NCBI RefSeq assembly: GCF_018350175.1
Contig: NC_058370.1
Location: 744,001 to 808,000 of the forward strand
Reading direction: 5' to 3'
Length of the DNA stretch: 64,000 nt
From: Felis catus
Taxonomy: Eukaryota
Position numbers and translations under genes: made by a program. The notes beneath the pieces are model-generated. The model worked only from the letters and a program-made list of their open reading frames with translations, did not search any database and was not told where the DNA came from. Within the stretch, counting starts at the first letter, position 1, and every line of letters starts with the position of its first letter. Shown piece after piece: positions 1-12,049 of this stretch.

Positions 1-3000
1 TGGAGGAGCAGCGGTGGCCCCAGGCGGCCGCCCTGGTGCAGGAGCGAGGTGCGGCGGAGCCCCAGCGGCGGGAGCTGGGGCGGGTGCGGCGGAGCCACTG
101 TGGCCACTTTGTGGAGGTGGCCCGGGAGCTGGGCGCGGGGGACACGCTGCAGGTGCAGCTCAGCGCCACCCTGCAGCGCGGGTTCCTGGCACCGACCCTG
201 CAGCTGTGGACTGTGGCCCCTGGCCTCACCCTCTGCCTGGAGCACGTGGAGAGGCCAGGCGACTGCTTCTCGGGCCAGATGCCCCAGGCGGGGCGGGACC
301 GGTGTTCGGACGTGGGCGAGCACTGCCGCGTGTGGGGGCCCTTCTGCTCCCTGGAGGCGGCCACCAGCGCGGTCTCGGAGAATGACTCGGTCACGCTGCA
401 GCACGTGCGCATATCCTGGGAGCGCACGGCGCAGGGGCGGCTGCGGGGCGCCTTCTGCCTGGAAACCTCCTTCCTCAGCGAGCACTGTACCGACCTCAGC
501 TTCAGGCACTGCTACCTGTGCGTCCGGCTCGAGGGGCTGCCGGCTGGGGCCGGTGCTGGACCCGGCCAGCCTCCCCCGGCCGCCCCGTCCTCCAGGCCCA
601 GCAGCCTCGGGCCCTTCCTGAGCATCGACCCCGACACGTACACGTGGGTGGCCCACGGGCTGACAGAAGACTGGGACCTGAGAGAGAGCCAGGCGGACCG
701 GCAGGAGATCCCCAAGCAGGTGCACTTCTCCATCCAGCACATGGCCATGGAGAAGGTTCCAGAAGAGGTGCTGAGGCCTGGCACCCCATTCACCGTCGAG
801 GTGCTGCCCAAGCAGCTTCCTGACATGTGAGTGGCCTCCACAGGGAGAGGCCGGTGGGTGGGGTGGGTGGAGAACACTCTGGGTTCCCTCGGCTGGTAGG
901 GCGTAGCTGGTGGGGCTGCGGCCCCTCCCCAGGGGGAGTCCCGTGGAGGTTCTGGTGTCCACCGTCGTTGCCACCTGCCCCCAGCCGCAAGGAAGAAGCC
1001 GTGTGTGGGCTGAAGGACGCGTCCCCGCTGGTCATCAGCATTGCCCTGGGCCAGCCCATCCCTCCGCACTGCCAGCAGACCCTCTGCCGGGGTAGGTCCC
1101 TCCGGCTTCCCCCATGTCCCTTCGTCGTGCCTGAGCCCTGCCCTGGGCCCCTGCTCAGGGAGGCCTGGCCCTTCTTTAGGGACCTACGGCAGGCTCCTGG
1201 AGAAACAGACGTTCGACCTCCCCGGAGGCCGCCACACGCTGAACCCCAGCCAGAATGGGGCCATCAGGGAGGCTCTGAAGAAGCAGTTCACTGTGATCCA
1301 GGGCCCTCCAGGTGGGGCTCACGCTGGTGGAGGTGCTGCTTCCGGCCGCCCGGGGCGGGCCCGGGGGACCCTGTTCATGGTGCCCTCTGCCCGCAGGCGC
1401 AGGGAAGACGGTGGTGGGCTTCCACATTGTGTTCTGGTTTCACAAGTCAAACGAGGAGCAGGTGGGGGCCTGTGCCCCCCCCAGTGAGGAGAAGCAGCCG
1501 GGGGGCCCCTGCATCTTGTACTGCGGCCCCTCTAACAAGTCGGTGGACGTCCTGGCAGGTGCGCTGGGCTGGTGGTGTGGGGGCTCTGCCTGGGGGTGCT
1601 GGCCCCGGGGAACGGTCCCTCATGCCCCGCTGCCCCCAGGACTGCTCCTGAGCAGGAGAACGGAGCTGAAGCCCCTTCGAGTGTACAGTGAGCAGGCGGA
1701 GGCTGCAGACTTCCCGATGCCGGGTGTGGGCGGCAGGGGTCTGCCCAAGAAGAGCCCTCGGGAGGGCAGTCCCAACCAGACTCTCAGGTGCGGTCTCTCC
1801 ACCGTCTGCCTGTGGGTGGAGGCAAAAGGCCCCACCGTCCTGTCTCGGACAGGGGTTAACGCGGGGCTTCACGGATGTCCCCCCCCCCCCGCACCCCAGG
1901 AGCATCACCCTGCACCACAGGATCCGGCAGGCTTCCAACCCCTATGCACCAGACATCAGGGCGCTTGACGCCCGGCTGCAGAAAGGGGAGATCTTTTCCA
2001 AGGAGGATCTCAGCTGGTAAGCAGTTAGGGGCGTGGGGTTTGTCCTCTGCCGTGGAGGTGGCAGAGGGAGGGGGGAGGGGGAAACGGTGTCCCCGGATGA
2101 CCACACGGTGACCGCACGCAGGTACAGGAATGTCCTGGGGAAGGCACGGAAGTTCGAGCTGGACCGGCACACAGTCATCCTGTGCACGTGCTCATGCGCG
2201 GCCCTGGCCAGCCTCAAGAAGCTCAACGTCCGGCAGATCCTTATCGACGAGGCCGGCATGGCCACAGAGCCTGAGACCCTCATCCCGCTGGTGAAGTTCT
2301 CGAAGGCTGAGAAGGTGAGTGAGGTGGGCGGGGAGCCGGAAGCCCCAGGCAGGTGTCCCTGGCGTGGTCTTTCGCCTAAGAGGGCAGCACCGCAGGCAGG
2401 GCCGAGTGGCAGCGGCCACGGAGCTGGGTACCTCCGGGTCTGGGGGGTGTCAGGACCACACCTGCCTGTCCCTCCAGGTGGTTCTTCTCGGGGACCACAA
2501 GCAGCTGCGGCCTGTGGTCAAGAACGAGCAGCTGCAAAATCTGGGGCTGGACCGGTCTCTCTTCGAGAGGTACCACACGGAGGCCTACATGTTGGACATA
2601 CAGTACCGCATGGTAAGCCCGTCCCAGCCTCTGCCCCTCCCGCCCAAGATGTGACCCGAGGCCAGGGGTGCCACAGGTGCTGCTGCCCACACCCCTACCT
2701 CCTGTGTCCACCCTGGCCTTGTCCTGGGGCCACAGCAGGACCCCCGAGACCCCGGCCCTCGGCCCCAGGACAGGTGGACAGGAGACCTGCTCTGGCTTAT
2801 GCCCTGCCTTGCAGCACGAGGGCATCTGTACCTTCCCGTCCATGGAGTTCTACAATGGGAAGCTGAAGACCTGGCAGGGCCTGAGGCGGCCACCCAGCGT
2901 CCTCGGCCACATTGACAAGGAGAGCTGCCCTGTCATTTTTGGCCACGTGCAAGGCCATGAACAGAGCCTACTGGTGTCCACAGATGAAGGGAATGAAAAC

Positions 3001-4100
3001 TCCAAGGCCAACCTGGAGGAGGTAACAGAGGTGGTGAGTGTCGGTGAGGCCTTTCCTGCTGCCCCTTGGTCACGGAGGGCTTCCTGGAGGAGGAGGCAGA
3101 GGAACCGAGGGAACAGGTGAGGCTCCGGTGCCCAGGGTTAGCTTCGACAACACCCTCTTGGTCCCTCAGGTCCGCATTGCCAAACAGATGACCCTGGGCA
3201 GGACAGTGGACCCCAAGGACATCGCAGTTCTCACTCCCTACAACGCTCAGGCTGCGGAGATCAGCAAGAGTCTCCTGCGGGAGGGTGTCGCTGGAGTGAC
3301 TGTGTGCTCCATCTCCAAGAGCCAGGGTGAGGGTGGCTCTGGGGCAGGGGGCACGTGGGCCAGCGGGTCACGAGGGAGGATGCAAGCAGCATGGTCAGCG
3401 GCAGCTGACAGGGGCCTCAGCATGCCTGCCCAACTGCGCAGGAAGCGAGTGGCGCTACGTGCTGGTGAGCACGGTCCGCACGTGCCAGGAAAGTGACCTG
3501 GACCAGCGGCCGACTAAGAGCTGGCTTAAGAAGTTCCTGGGCTTTGTTGTGGACCCCAACCAAGTGAACGTGGCCATCACCCGGGCCCAAGAGGGGCTCT
3601 GCCTCATCGGTGGGACAGCTTGGCTGGCGGAGGGCTGGGGCGGGGCTCCCCCCTGGGGGTGCGGCTGCTTGGCTGGGGGTGGGGAGGGCGGGGGCGGGGC
3701 TCCTCCCTGGGGGCGTGGCTGCTTGGCTGAGGTGAGAGGGCTGGGGCGGGGCTCCTCCCTGCGGGAGTGGCTGCTTGGCTGGGGATGGGGAGGGCTGGGG
3801 CGGGGCTCCTCCTGGGGGCGTGGCTTCTTGGGTGAGGTGGGGGGCGGGGCGGGGCGGGGCGGGGGCGGGGCTCCTCCCTGGGTTGGGGAGGGTGGCTGCT
3901 TGGCTGGGGGAGGGGAGGACTGGGGCGGGACCGGGGTCTACCATGGACTCGTCTCCCCTCTCCCCACCCCTGCAGGAGACCACCGCCTCCTGCGTTGTTG
4001 CCCTCTCTGGCGTAGATTCCTGGACTTCTGCGAGGCCCAGCACAGCCTTGTGCCCGCCAACCAGGTGCGAGTTCGGAAGAGGCCAGCCGTGTCTCCCTGA
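1..4100 (+). CDS. HELZ2: Helicase with zinc finger 2 (PRIC285), 3' part: end of RNB-containing region plus the C-terminal SF1 (UPF1-like) helicase domain; 5'-partial
   Basis: Exons <1-826, 985-1091, 1180-1311, 1397-1558, 1640-1787, 1900-2016, 2122-2314, 2478-2612, 2815-3033, 3170-3326, 3442-3609, 3976-4100 (TGA). All introns are GT-AG and phases are consistent. Motifs: LNPSQ (Q motif), IQGPPGAGKT (Walker A), PSNKSVD, LIDEAG (Walker B), LGDHKQLRP, SLFERY, QYRMH, LTPYNAQ, SQGSEW, VNVAITRA. The C-terminus matches HELZ2. Confidence 0.95.
3617..3931 (+). repeat. G-rich minisatellite (about 50-70 bp unit, about 5.5 copies) in the last HELZ2 intron
   Basis: The unit GCTTGGCTGGGG...GAGGGCTGGGGCGGGGCTCCTCCCTGGGGGCGTGGCT recurs with variation. 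Confidence 0.85.
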
Positions 4101-4576
4101 AGAGCCCTCTCCACCTGCCCACCGCTCTCAAGCTGCCAGGACTTGGAGGAAAAGACCGTGCCCTCTTCTGAGGGCTCCCTAGTCAGGCACCGCTCAGGAG
4201 CATCCCGTGTGCCTTCGGTGGGCACTGTGGCCACCCCGCCTGTCGGACTGGGTTTCTGAGGCCAACTGCTGAGCAATAATCTCCTTCTGGAGTCTTGGCC
4301 TCTCCCCAGGGCAGAGAGCAGGCCAGGCCCCACCATACCGATGTGCTGTGCGCCTGCACTGGGGAGGAAGAATCCCTCTCTCCCTGCCGAGCCTTTCGTC
4401 TGGAAATCTGGTGACAGGGGACATCTCAGGGGTCAGGGGCTCGGGGAGGTCCTCTGGACCTTCTGGTGTTACTAGGAAGGCTTGGGGTCAGAAGGAAATC
4501 CTGCTGGGGCTACTTTTTGGTTTTTGAGCACCATCCCTGAGACACTGGGCGCGGCTGTGGAGCTCAGCGTTTCCTT

Positions 4577-4904
4577 NNNNNNNNNNNNNNNNNNNNNNNN
4601 NNNNNNNNNNNNNNNNNNNNNNNNNNNNNNNNNNNNNNNNNNNNNNNNNNNNNNNNNNNNNNNNNNNNNNNNNNNNNNNNNNNNNNNNNNNNNNNNNNNN
4701 NNNNNNNNNNNNNNNNNNNNNNNNNNNNNNNNNNNNNNNNNNNNNNNNNNNNNNNNNNNNNNNNNNNNNNNNNNNNNNNNNNNNNNNNNNNNNNNNNNNN
4801 NNNNNNNNNNNNNNNNNNNNNNNNNNNNNNNNNNNNNNNNNNNNNNNNNNNNNNNNNNNNNNNNNNNNNNNNNNNNNNNNNNNNNNNNNNNNNNNNNNNN
4901 NNNN
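4577..4904. other. Assembly gap (328 N)
   Basis: Run of N, abutting a SINE fragment on its right. Confidence 0.99.
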
Positions 4905-4978
4905 GCCTAATGTGGGGCTTGAACTCATGACCCTGAGAGTAAGAGTTGCCTGTTCTACCGAGTCAGCCAGGTGCCCCT
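4905..4978 (-). mobile_element. CanSINE (tRNA-derived) 5' fragment; the rest is probably in the gap
   Basis: GGGGCTTGAACTCATGACCCTGAGA...CAGCCAGGTGCCCC is the reverse complement of a SINEC head. Confidence 0.8.
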
Positions 4979-7529
4979 ATTTTCTATTTTTAAATAAACC
5001 AAAAACCAGTGTCTTTATTACTGGAACAAGGTCCTTCGCCCAAACGTAGGGCCAAGAGGCCTCCCTGGAAGAGAGGGCCTTTTCTCTGTCGTCACTGCCC
5101 CACCTGACTGGGGCCCACAGCCCTGTGTCCTCTCAGGAAGAAGGGCAGAGCAGAACCAGATGCCCGCACAGCCCCGCCTATACCGGGCGGCACCCCTGTG
5201 GTGTGTGGGTGGGGGCTGGGACTGAGCGCCCCCTGGATGGGCAGCCTTGTGCCTTCACCCTGAGCTTTCCTCCCCTTTACAACCTCAATCCTGCTCCTGG
5301 TTCAGGGCCTTCAGGACAACCTGTGCTGCAAGTCTGTCTTTGCAAGGTTGAGGACCTTCACCTGCCTCTCAGGGTGTATTTATATCCTGCTTTTTCTGGA
5401 AACCTCTTGCCTCAATATCAGCCCTCACCTCAGGCCACCCCAGACCCCAGCACCCCCCACCACTTCCACGGTCCCCACGGCCTGAGGGTTTGCTGCAAAC
5501 AAGCCGCTTACTCTAGGAGGGGTGTGCCCTCTCTGTGGCCTTACTGAACCCTCTGCTGGCGGGGGAGGGGCGGGGGGAGGATGTGTCTATGCATTCGGCG
5601 CTTTCTACAAATCCAATGTCTACATTCCAGTTTTTATATCTTTTCTTTGGCTCTGTGTTATATGATTGAATAATAATTTTATTACAAAGACCACTCTGAA
5701 AGTTCTCCCTTCTGGGTGTTTGAGGTTTTATTGGGGGGCAAGGAGGGGTGGCCCCTCCTCTTGGGTCACACGGTGGCTACCCAGTCTGTCAAGAGTCAGG
5801 AGCCCATTACAGCCAGATGCCGGACAAGCGAGCTCGGAGAGGCTGGCGTCGCCACGTCACAGCTCTCGGCCTGCTGGGAGGGTGGGGGGTGGGGGGTGGG
5901 TGGGGGGGAGGGGTGGCGTCTGTGCCAGAACGAAGGAGGCTGGGGGGGGGGGGCTGACTCGGTGAGGGTGGGCTACAGCCCCAAGCTGTGTCCAGGGAAT
6001 TTGGGCAGGGCCTGCCTACTGAACTCTGACCCCAAGCAGGGCTGGCTTCACAGTGCAAGTCCAGAGTCCCCGCGGCTGCCAGTCCTGCTGGAGTCCTGCA
6101 GGGTCCAGGCTCTGACCCTGGACCAACGCCCACCCCCTCCAGGCCAACTTGAGCTACTCAGGACTCGGCATGCTTGTGGCCGAGCCCCCAGAGCCACAGC
6201 ACCGGCTGTGCGGAGGAAGGCACGCCAGGGCCTTGGCCTCCCTAGATGCCAGCATGGGTCTCGGCAGGGATTGGAAGTCACAGAATCAAAGAGAAAGGGA
6301 GTCTCTAAGGCCCGTGTGTTCACTGTGGGACTGCAGAGGGGCCACGCGTCCTTACGTGGAAGAGCAGCCATCCAGGCTCGGAGAAGTTTTCCTGGCCGGT
6401 GAAAAGCAGTTGAAAGGAGGACGGACAGGGGCCCCGAGGCAGGAAGTCAGAACCTCTCAGCCTGGAGTCAGGGAGGGCTTCACAGAGGAGGGGGCGTTGA
6501 CGACCCGAGGGCACGGGCAGCGGCGCCCAGAGGCAGCGTTCGCGAGCCCGGTGGCTGGTGGAGGGTCAGCCTCGTCCCAGGGAGAGTCGCCGTTTCGAGT
6601 TAGGGGCGATCTTGTTTGAGGCAGCGAACCCAGCGAGCCCGAGCTGAGAAAAAGCGCCTGGCCCTGTGTGCGGCCGTTCAAAGACTCGGGAACCCCAGGC
6701 CGGCGCGGTGTGGTTGTCTCAGAGTGGGGGCCTGAGTGGGGCCGGCCTCTGTGTAGCTGCCTTCCTTGGTGAGGGCTGGAGGCACCCCCCACCCCAGCCC
6801 GCCTCCTGGGTGGGACGGTGTGACCCCGCACAAACCCTGATCTCTGATCCCTGCCCCGTCCGCTCTACCCTGTGCCCTGCCTCACCACACGCCATTTGCT
6901 AGGAGCACCCTGGCTCTGCCCGGAACACCCTCCAGCCCCCCACCCCCGGAAGCCTTGGGATGACCAGACCCTGAGGAACGTCCAGGAGTGTCCGCCCCAT
7001 AGCCACATGATGTCACAGAGTGTGTGACAGTCTGACTTGAGCCCCTGGATGATGTGGGCCAGCACACCCATGCCGCAGCAGCACGCAGTGGGTCAGTAAC
7101 TGCGGACGCCTGGGAGGACCCACCCCACCTCTCAGAGAGCACGGCCTATGGCTGGGGGGCGGGTCCTGGGGCCTTTCCGACCCAGTTGGGGGCCTGTTCT
7201 GTCCAAACCTGCCTCTGTCCAAACGACTTCTCTGCCAGTGGAGGAGAGAGTCCCTCTTCCTGGTCACCCTGCCCTATGTTCTCAGAGGGCCCACTGTCCT
7301 AGTGACCACCACGGTACACGGGCGGGCAGCTCATGAGATGTCAGCATCCCGACAGTCCCCCTCGGCCGTGACTCGTGGCGCTGGCCACCCTGGCCCCAGA
7401 CCCAGCCAAGCTGCGGCAGGAGCCAGACGCATTCGCCCGCCCCAAGCAGTGACCGGGAGGGAGCGAGCTGCTGGCCACACTGGTGGTCAGATGACCACAC
7501 CGGAGGGCGAGGACAGACCATCGAGGCAA

Positions 7530-7698
7530 CGATCTCACGGTTCACGATTTCCAGCCCCACACTGGGCTCCATGCTGACAGTGTGGAGCCTACTTGGGATT
7601 CTCCTTCCCTCTCTCTCTGCCTCCCTGCTCTCAAAATAAATAAAACTTAACATATATTTTACAATAAAATAAAATAAAATAAAATAAAATAAAATAAA
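7530..7698 (+). mobile_element. 5'-truncated CanSINE with (TAAAA)n tail
   Basis: CGATCTCACGGTTCACGA...GGAGCCTACTTGGGATTCTC, (CT)n, AAAATAAATAAAA, then (TAAAA)n. Confidence 0.8.
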
Positions 7699-8108
7699 GT
7701 GTCCTCTTGGCCTTGGTGCCAACTCCAGTGAAGCTGGGAGCAGTAGTATGGGGCATGGCTGCCCCCATCGAGATTACTGTGCCCCCTGGAGACGGGCCAA
7801 GGACACAGGAAAGGACGGGCAGAGCTGGGCTGTTGTGACAGAGCGGGAAGGAGAGATGTGGGAGCGGCTGGGCCCACGCGGCAAAGCCCCGGAGAAGCTC
7901 TCCTTCACTGGCGGTGGTAGCCAGTCGCCGAGGCGATGCTCCTTTCTCCAGGGGTCAGCTCTCCTGGAAGGTCCAGCCCGGGCCCGACCCGGGAAAGAGG
8001 GCTGGAGCCTGGGGGGCCTGGGGCTGGAGGGGAGGCTGGCCGGAGTCCGAAGAAGCACTCACACGGCTGCCGCTGCCTCTAAAACGTAAGCAGGTTTGCT
8101 TCTTTAAT

Positions 8109-8109
<1 letters not shown>

Positions 8110-8146
<37 letters not shown>
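8110..8146. repeat. (GT/CA)n microsatellite in the probable FNDC11 3' UTR
   Basis: About 18 uninterrupted GT units. Confidence 0.95.
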
Positions 8147-8148
<2 letters not shown>

Positions 8149-8184
8149 GATACTCCTCTTCACTAGTGGATAAATATTAGAAAA

Positions 8185-9186
8185 TCATCTTTCGGAAAGC
8201 GTGGTCAGGGGCGGGCCTGGCTTGCCCGGCCGACTGGGGGTGGGCCCTTTGGGGGGCCCCGGCCTGGTCTGCAACGTGAGGCTGTCCCTCCAGGGCTCGT
8301 ACACCAGCGTGTAGCTGTCGGCTCTCTTGACGGTGAACTTGTAGGAGCGGTTGGGCATCAGGTTGTGGATGTCGAAGGTGCAGGCGGCCACGGGGATGAT
8401 GCCACACTGCGTGCACTCCTGCTGTGTCCGCGGGTCCAGCAGCTTGAAGCGGAGCTCAAACTGCTCCGGCGCCACCGGCTGGATGGTGGCAAACCACCGC
8501 AGGCTGACCCAGTCCTGGTGGGCCACCGACTCCTTTCGGTCGAACATGACGGGCATCTTGGTGCTTAGCATGAGCCGGATGTGCGGGATCTTGGTGGCAC
8601 CGACGTCGGACACCAGGCGGTGCTTCATGTGCAGGCGCCCAGGTACCGTCATGGCCAGGAAGCTGTCCATGACAGCCGCCAGGTCCGCCAGCCTGCGCTC
8701 CACCAGCCCCCAGCCCGCCAGGAAGGGCTGCGGGTCGGGTGACCCCAGCAGAGCGCCCAGCTCGGCGCGGCCGCGGTCCAGCTGCTCCAGCAGGTCCGTG
8801 AGCAGGAGGAGCTGGATCTTGGTCTGGGCCGCGCCCACCTTCTTCATGCGCTGGAACTTCCAGGGGTCGATGAGCTGGAACATGGCGGTGGGCAGCACCA
8901 GCGGGTTCTGGTCGCCCAGGGCCAGGTGCTTGGGGAGGATCTCGATGTAGTAGGAGCATTTCTTGAGCAGCTCCGTGCGGGCGTGGTGGCGCCGGAGCAG
9001 GTGGGGGCTCAGGTCGGAGGTCAGGAAGCCACGCAGGGCGGTGCGGCGCTCCATGTAGGTCCTCCAGGCCTCCGGTTCCAGCAGCTGCGGATCGTCAGCC
9101 TCCTCCGCCTCCTCCTGGTCCAGGAAGGACGGGGGACTGTCCAGCTTCATCTTGCTCAGGCCCAGGCCCGTCACCTGGAAGCTCAT
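8185..9186 (-). CDS. FNDC11: Fibronectin type III domain-containing 11 (C20orf195 orthologue), single coding exon, 333 aa
   Basis: Intact [18 protein letters not shown]...DLSPHLL...KCSYYIE...[16 protein letters not shown], with a C-terminal FN3-like segment (LRWF...FELRF...[15 protein letters not shown]). A splice acceptor (polypyrimidine-CAG) lies 3 nt upstream of the ATG, so the exon starts at 9189. Possible ATTAAA at 8103-8108 (-). Syntenic position between HELZ2 and SRMS. Confidence 0.95.
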   Translation of the reverse strand: MSFQVTGLGLSKMKLDSPPSFLDQEEAEEADDPQLLEPEAWRTYMERRTALRGFLTSDLSPHLLRRHHARTELLKKCSYYIEILPKHLALGDQNPLVLPTAMFQLIDPWKFQRMKKVGAAQTKIQLLLLTDLLEQLDRGRAELGALLGSPDPQPFLAGWGLVERRLADLAAVMDSFLAMTVPGRLHMKHRLVSDVGATKIPHIRLMLSTKMPVMFDRKESVAHQDWVSLRWFATIQPVAPEQFELRFKLLDPRTQQECTQCGIIPVAACTFDIHNLMPNRSYKFTVKRADSYTLVYEPWRDSLTLQTRPGPPKGPTPSRPGKPGPPLTTLSER

Positions 9187-10219
9187 TGTCTGGGAGCAGG
9201 GGCGGAGGGCGGGGTGTGAGCTGAACGTCAGTTGGCCTCCGCCACCCGCCCAGGGGCTCCCTCAGGGCAGGATTTGTGTGTGGGGGTGACTTCGGACCCA
9301 CTGCCCTCCCTACGGGTCCCTCTGTCCTCCCCTGGGCCGGGGGCGGGGGGAGCTTGCGGGGAGAGCATGGCCCTCTGCAAAGAGCCTGATGGAGGGCCAG
9401 GCCGGCAGGCTGCAGACGTGCATAAAGTTGGACACCGAGGGGTCAGCACTCCACTGACGGTCAATCGTGATGGCACAGGGAGGAGCTGATACAATGAGCT
9501 CTGGGGCAGAAACCCCAGCCCACTGACCAGCTGCGTGGCCTGGCCAAGGTCTCAGTTCCTCGTCTGAGTGGGGTGAAGGTGCACCCTCGGGACAGTCGAG
9601 AGGATTCAGTGTGATCCTGTGTGTGCTGCACCAGACTCCCCCTTGGGGACACCACTGCCCCGTAGACCTTCCATGCCTGGCTGCAGGTGCAGAGCAAAGT
9701 GCCAGGGCTCACCCAGAGACAAGGCCAGTTGGTGGCTGGAGCCAGCGAGGGTGGCAGGGTGGCCCCAGCCTCGGCTCAGAGGGATAATCGTGCCGGCTCC
9801 TAGTTACCGGGTCCACGCTCCCTACCTTTAACGAGCTTACTGCACACAAAACCCCTCAGAGTGGTAAGGTCCCCTGACCTCATCTCACAGATGGGGCGCC
9901 TGAGGCTGAAATGCTTCGGAGTTTGCTCTCAGTTCAGAGTTTGGCCCCAGCCGTCAACTCCAGAGCCTGATTCTCCTTCTGTGCTACTCCTGCCTGGGTT
10001 CCCAGCTCTGGGGGGCCGTGGAGGGGCCGGTGCAGCTGTCCTTCCAGGACCGGGACACAAGGATTGGCCCTGCAAGCTGGGGCTCTTTGGAGAAGGCGCC
10101 AGCAATCTGGCTGGCGTCCCGGGTCCCGGCCACCCCCGGGGCAGTGAGATAGCCGCTGGGTCAGCACCACGTGGGAGACCTCAGGTTGTCCCAAGGGTTG
10201 GATGAACTATGAAGACAGC

Positions 10220-10290
10220 TCACAGGTTGAGTGACCTGCCCAAGGCCACACCCGCTAAGTGACAGTGAGGTCGGGACCCAAGTCTGCCTC
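10220..10290. mobile_element. MIR fragment (similar ones near 9500-9600, 9860-9910 and 14320-14410)
   Basis: AGGTTGAGTGACCTGCCCAAGGCCACAC...GGGACCCAAGTCTG resembles the MIR core. Confidence 0.6.
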
Positions 10291-10449
10291 CCTCCCCAGA
10301 GGCCACCTTCCGGGGGCGCAGAGACCAGAGCAGGCCCTGGGCACCACCATAAAGGTACTGGGATGCAGTGAAGCGTGCCTCTAGCAATCCCAGCCCGAGT
10401 CCTGTTGGCCCCTGGGTCTGACCACCGGTTCAGGGATGCCTCCCAGGCT

Positions 10450-10850
10450 GTCAGTCGGAAAAGCGCCGCGGGGCTGCCTGTGAGTTCTGGGGAAGGGGCC
10501 GCTCTGCGCCCGGGGCCGGGCGCCCAGACCTACACCCTCCCGGGCCTTCCAGAAGCCGCAGACACCTCCCCCGTCGCCTCCCCCAGCAACCTGCCCGCCT
10601 CCCCGGCCCGCACCCAGCCTCTTGGCGCGCCCACTTGCCCTGCCTCCCGGAGCGGAGAGAACCACGCGGCTGACTGTGCGCCCAGCGCGCACCTCCGAGG
10701 CCCGCGGGTTGCCATGGGGACCGCGGGCCTTTGTGACGCCCCGCCCGTCTCCAGGGTGGAGCGGGAGCCCAGGGCCCAGGGGTGCGGTGAGACGTCGCCG
10801 GGGGGCGGGGGCGGGGGCGGGGGCGGGGCGCTCTCTGGTCTCAACATCCA
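10450..10850 (-). promoter_or_regulatory. CpG island, probable FNDC11 promoter and non-coding first exon
   Basis: CpG-dense, about 1.4 kb upstream of the coding exon. Contains an RFX X-box-like GTTGCCATGGGGAC (10708-10721), a CRE half-site TGACG (10734-10738) and GC-box repeats (GGGGGC)n at 10800-10830. Confidence 0.6.
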
Positions 10851-12049
10851 GACAGGAGCCACTGGTGTCTGCCTCCGGTCCCACCCCCCACCCTGGTCTC
10901 AGGTGCCAGGAACTATCTGGGCGCTTCTTTCCCTCCCCGAGGACCCTGGGGCAACGCGCCCTGCGCCCTGACTTGGGAACCACCTCGAGTGGCTATTCCA
11001 AAAGCCAAGCCTAAAGTGGGGTTCCCCGGAGAGGAGTAACTGAGGCTGGCCGTCCCTCTGCGAGTGCCCCTGTCCCAGAGTCCTGTGGACACAGTGCTCA
11101 CGTGGGGCTGCCAGAGCCGGGGGGAGGGGGGGAGTGCTAGTGGGGAAGAGGGCTCCTGCTCGTGTCCCAGCCTGAGACCTGCTCCAGGAAGCCCTGGGAG
11201 GACCTGGGGGGAGCAGCAGTGACCTCGGAGTGAACACCTGTCACCGCAGGGAACAGTGCAGGGATCAGAGCAGCCTTTCCTGCGACAGCAGGCTTCCTCT
11301 CCCACCTCTGACAGTGCGGGGGTGCTGGCGCTGCTCATCTACCTGGGTCTGGACGAACGGGGTCTCCACAGTTCCAGGGAGCCTGTCAGAGGGGTTCTCA
11401 GCCCCCTCCGTGACCCCATCTGTAGCCCCCAGCTGGACTCAGGACCTCTGGGCTCTCTCAGCAAGCCTGGGGCCTCCCTCAGGCAGTAGTCAGTCTCAGA
11501 TACCCAAGACACTAGTTGTGCCCCTTTGGGAGAGGCAGGAGGGAGGGAGGGAAGGAGGCGGGGGAGGGAGGGATGCTCCCCGGGTCTCTCTCCTCAGGGA
11601 CGACAGAGGTGGGTCCAGAGCCTCCCTCCACTGCACCCCTCCCCTATGGCTGGCCCCACTCTTGCGAGGAGGCTCCCCTGGCTGGGCGTCCATCAGTTTA
11701 CCCTCAGGCCCAGGCCTGGGTATGGCGCCCCCAGGAGGTCAGACCTGGAGGGGGGCCGGTGGGTGCGTTTCTGCCCTCCTCTCTCTGTTCTGGGCTTTCA
11801 GTAAATGCTAGCTGTTGGTGTTGTTATTCAGGGGTCTGAGGATTATTTGGATTATTTGGAAAGGGGGGTGCTGTCTGAAGGTTGAGGGGGAGGCTGGCAC
11901 CGGAAGGGGGGTGGGGGAGGGAGATGCCCGGCCCCCGCAGAGGGGACAGAGACGCCCCTGCCCCCACCCTGTTCTGGGCATGTCTGGGACTTCTGCCGTC
12001 TCCTTGGTCCCACCCCCTTTTTTCTGTTTAACTTTAAAAAATTAGCCTC

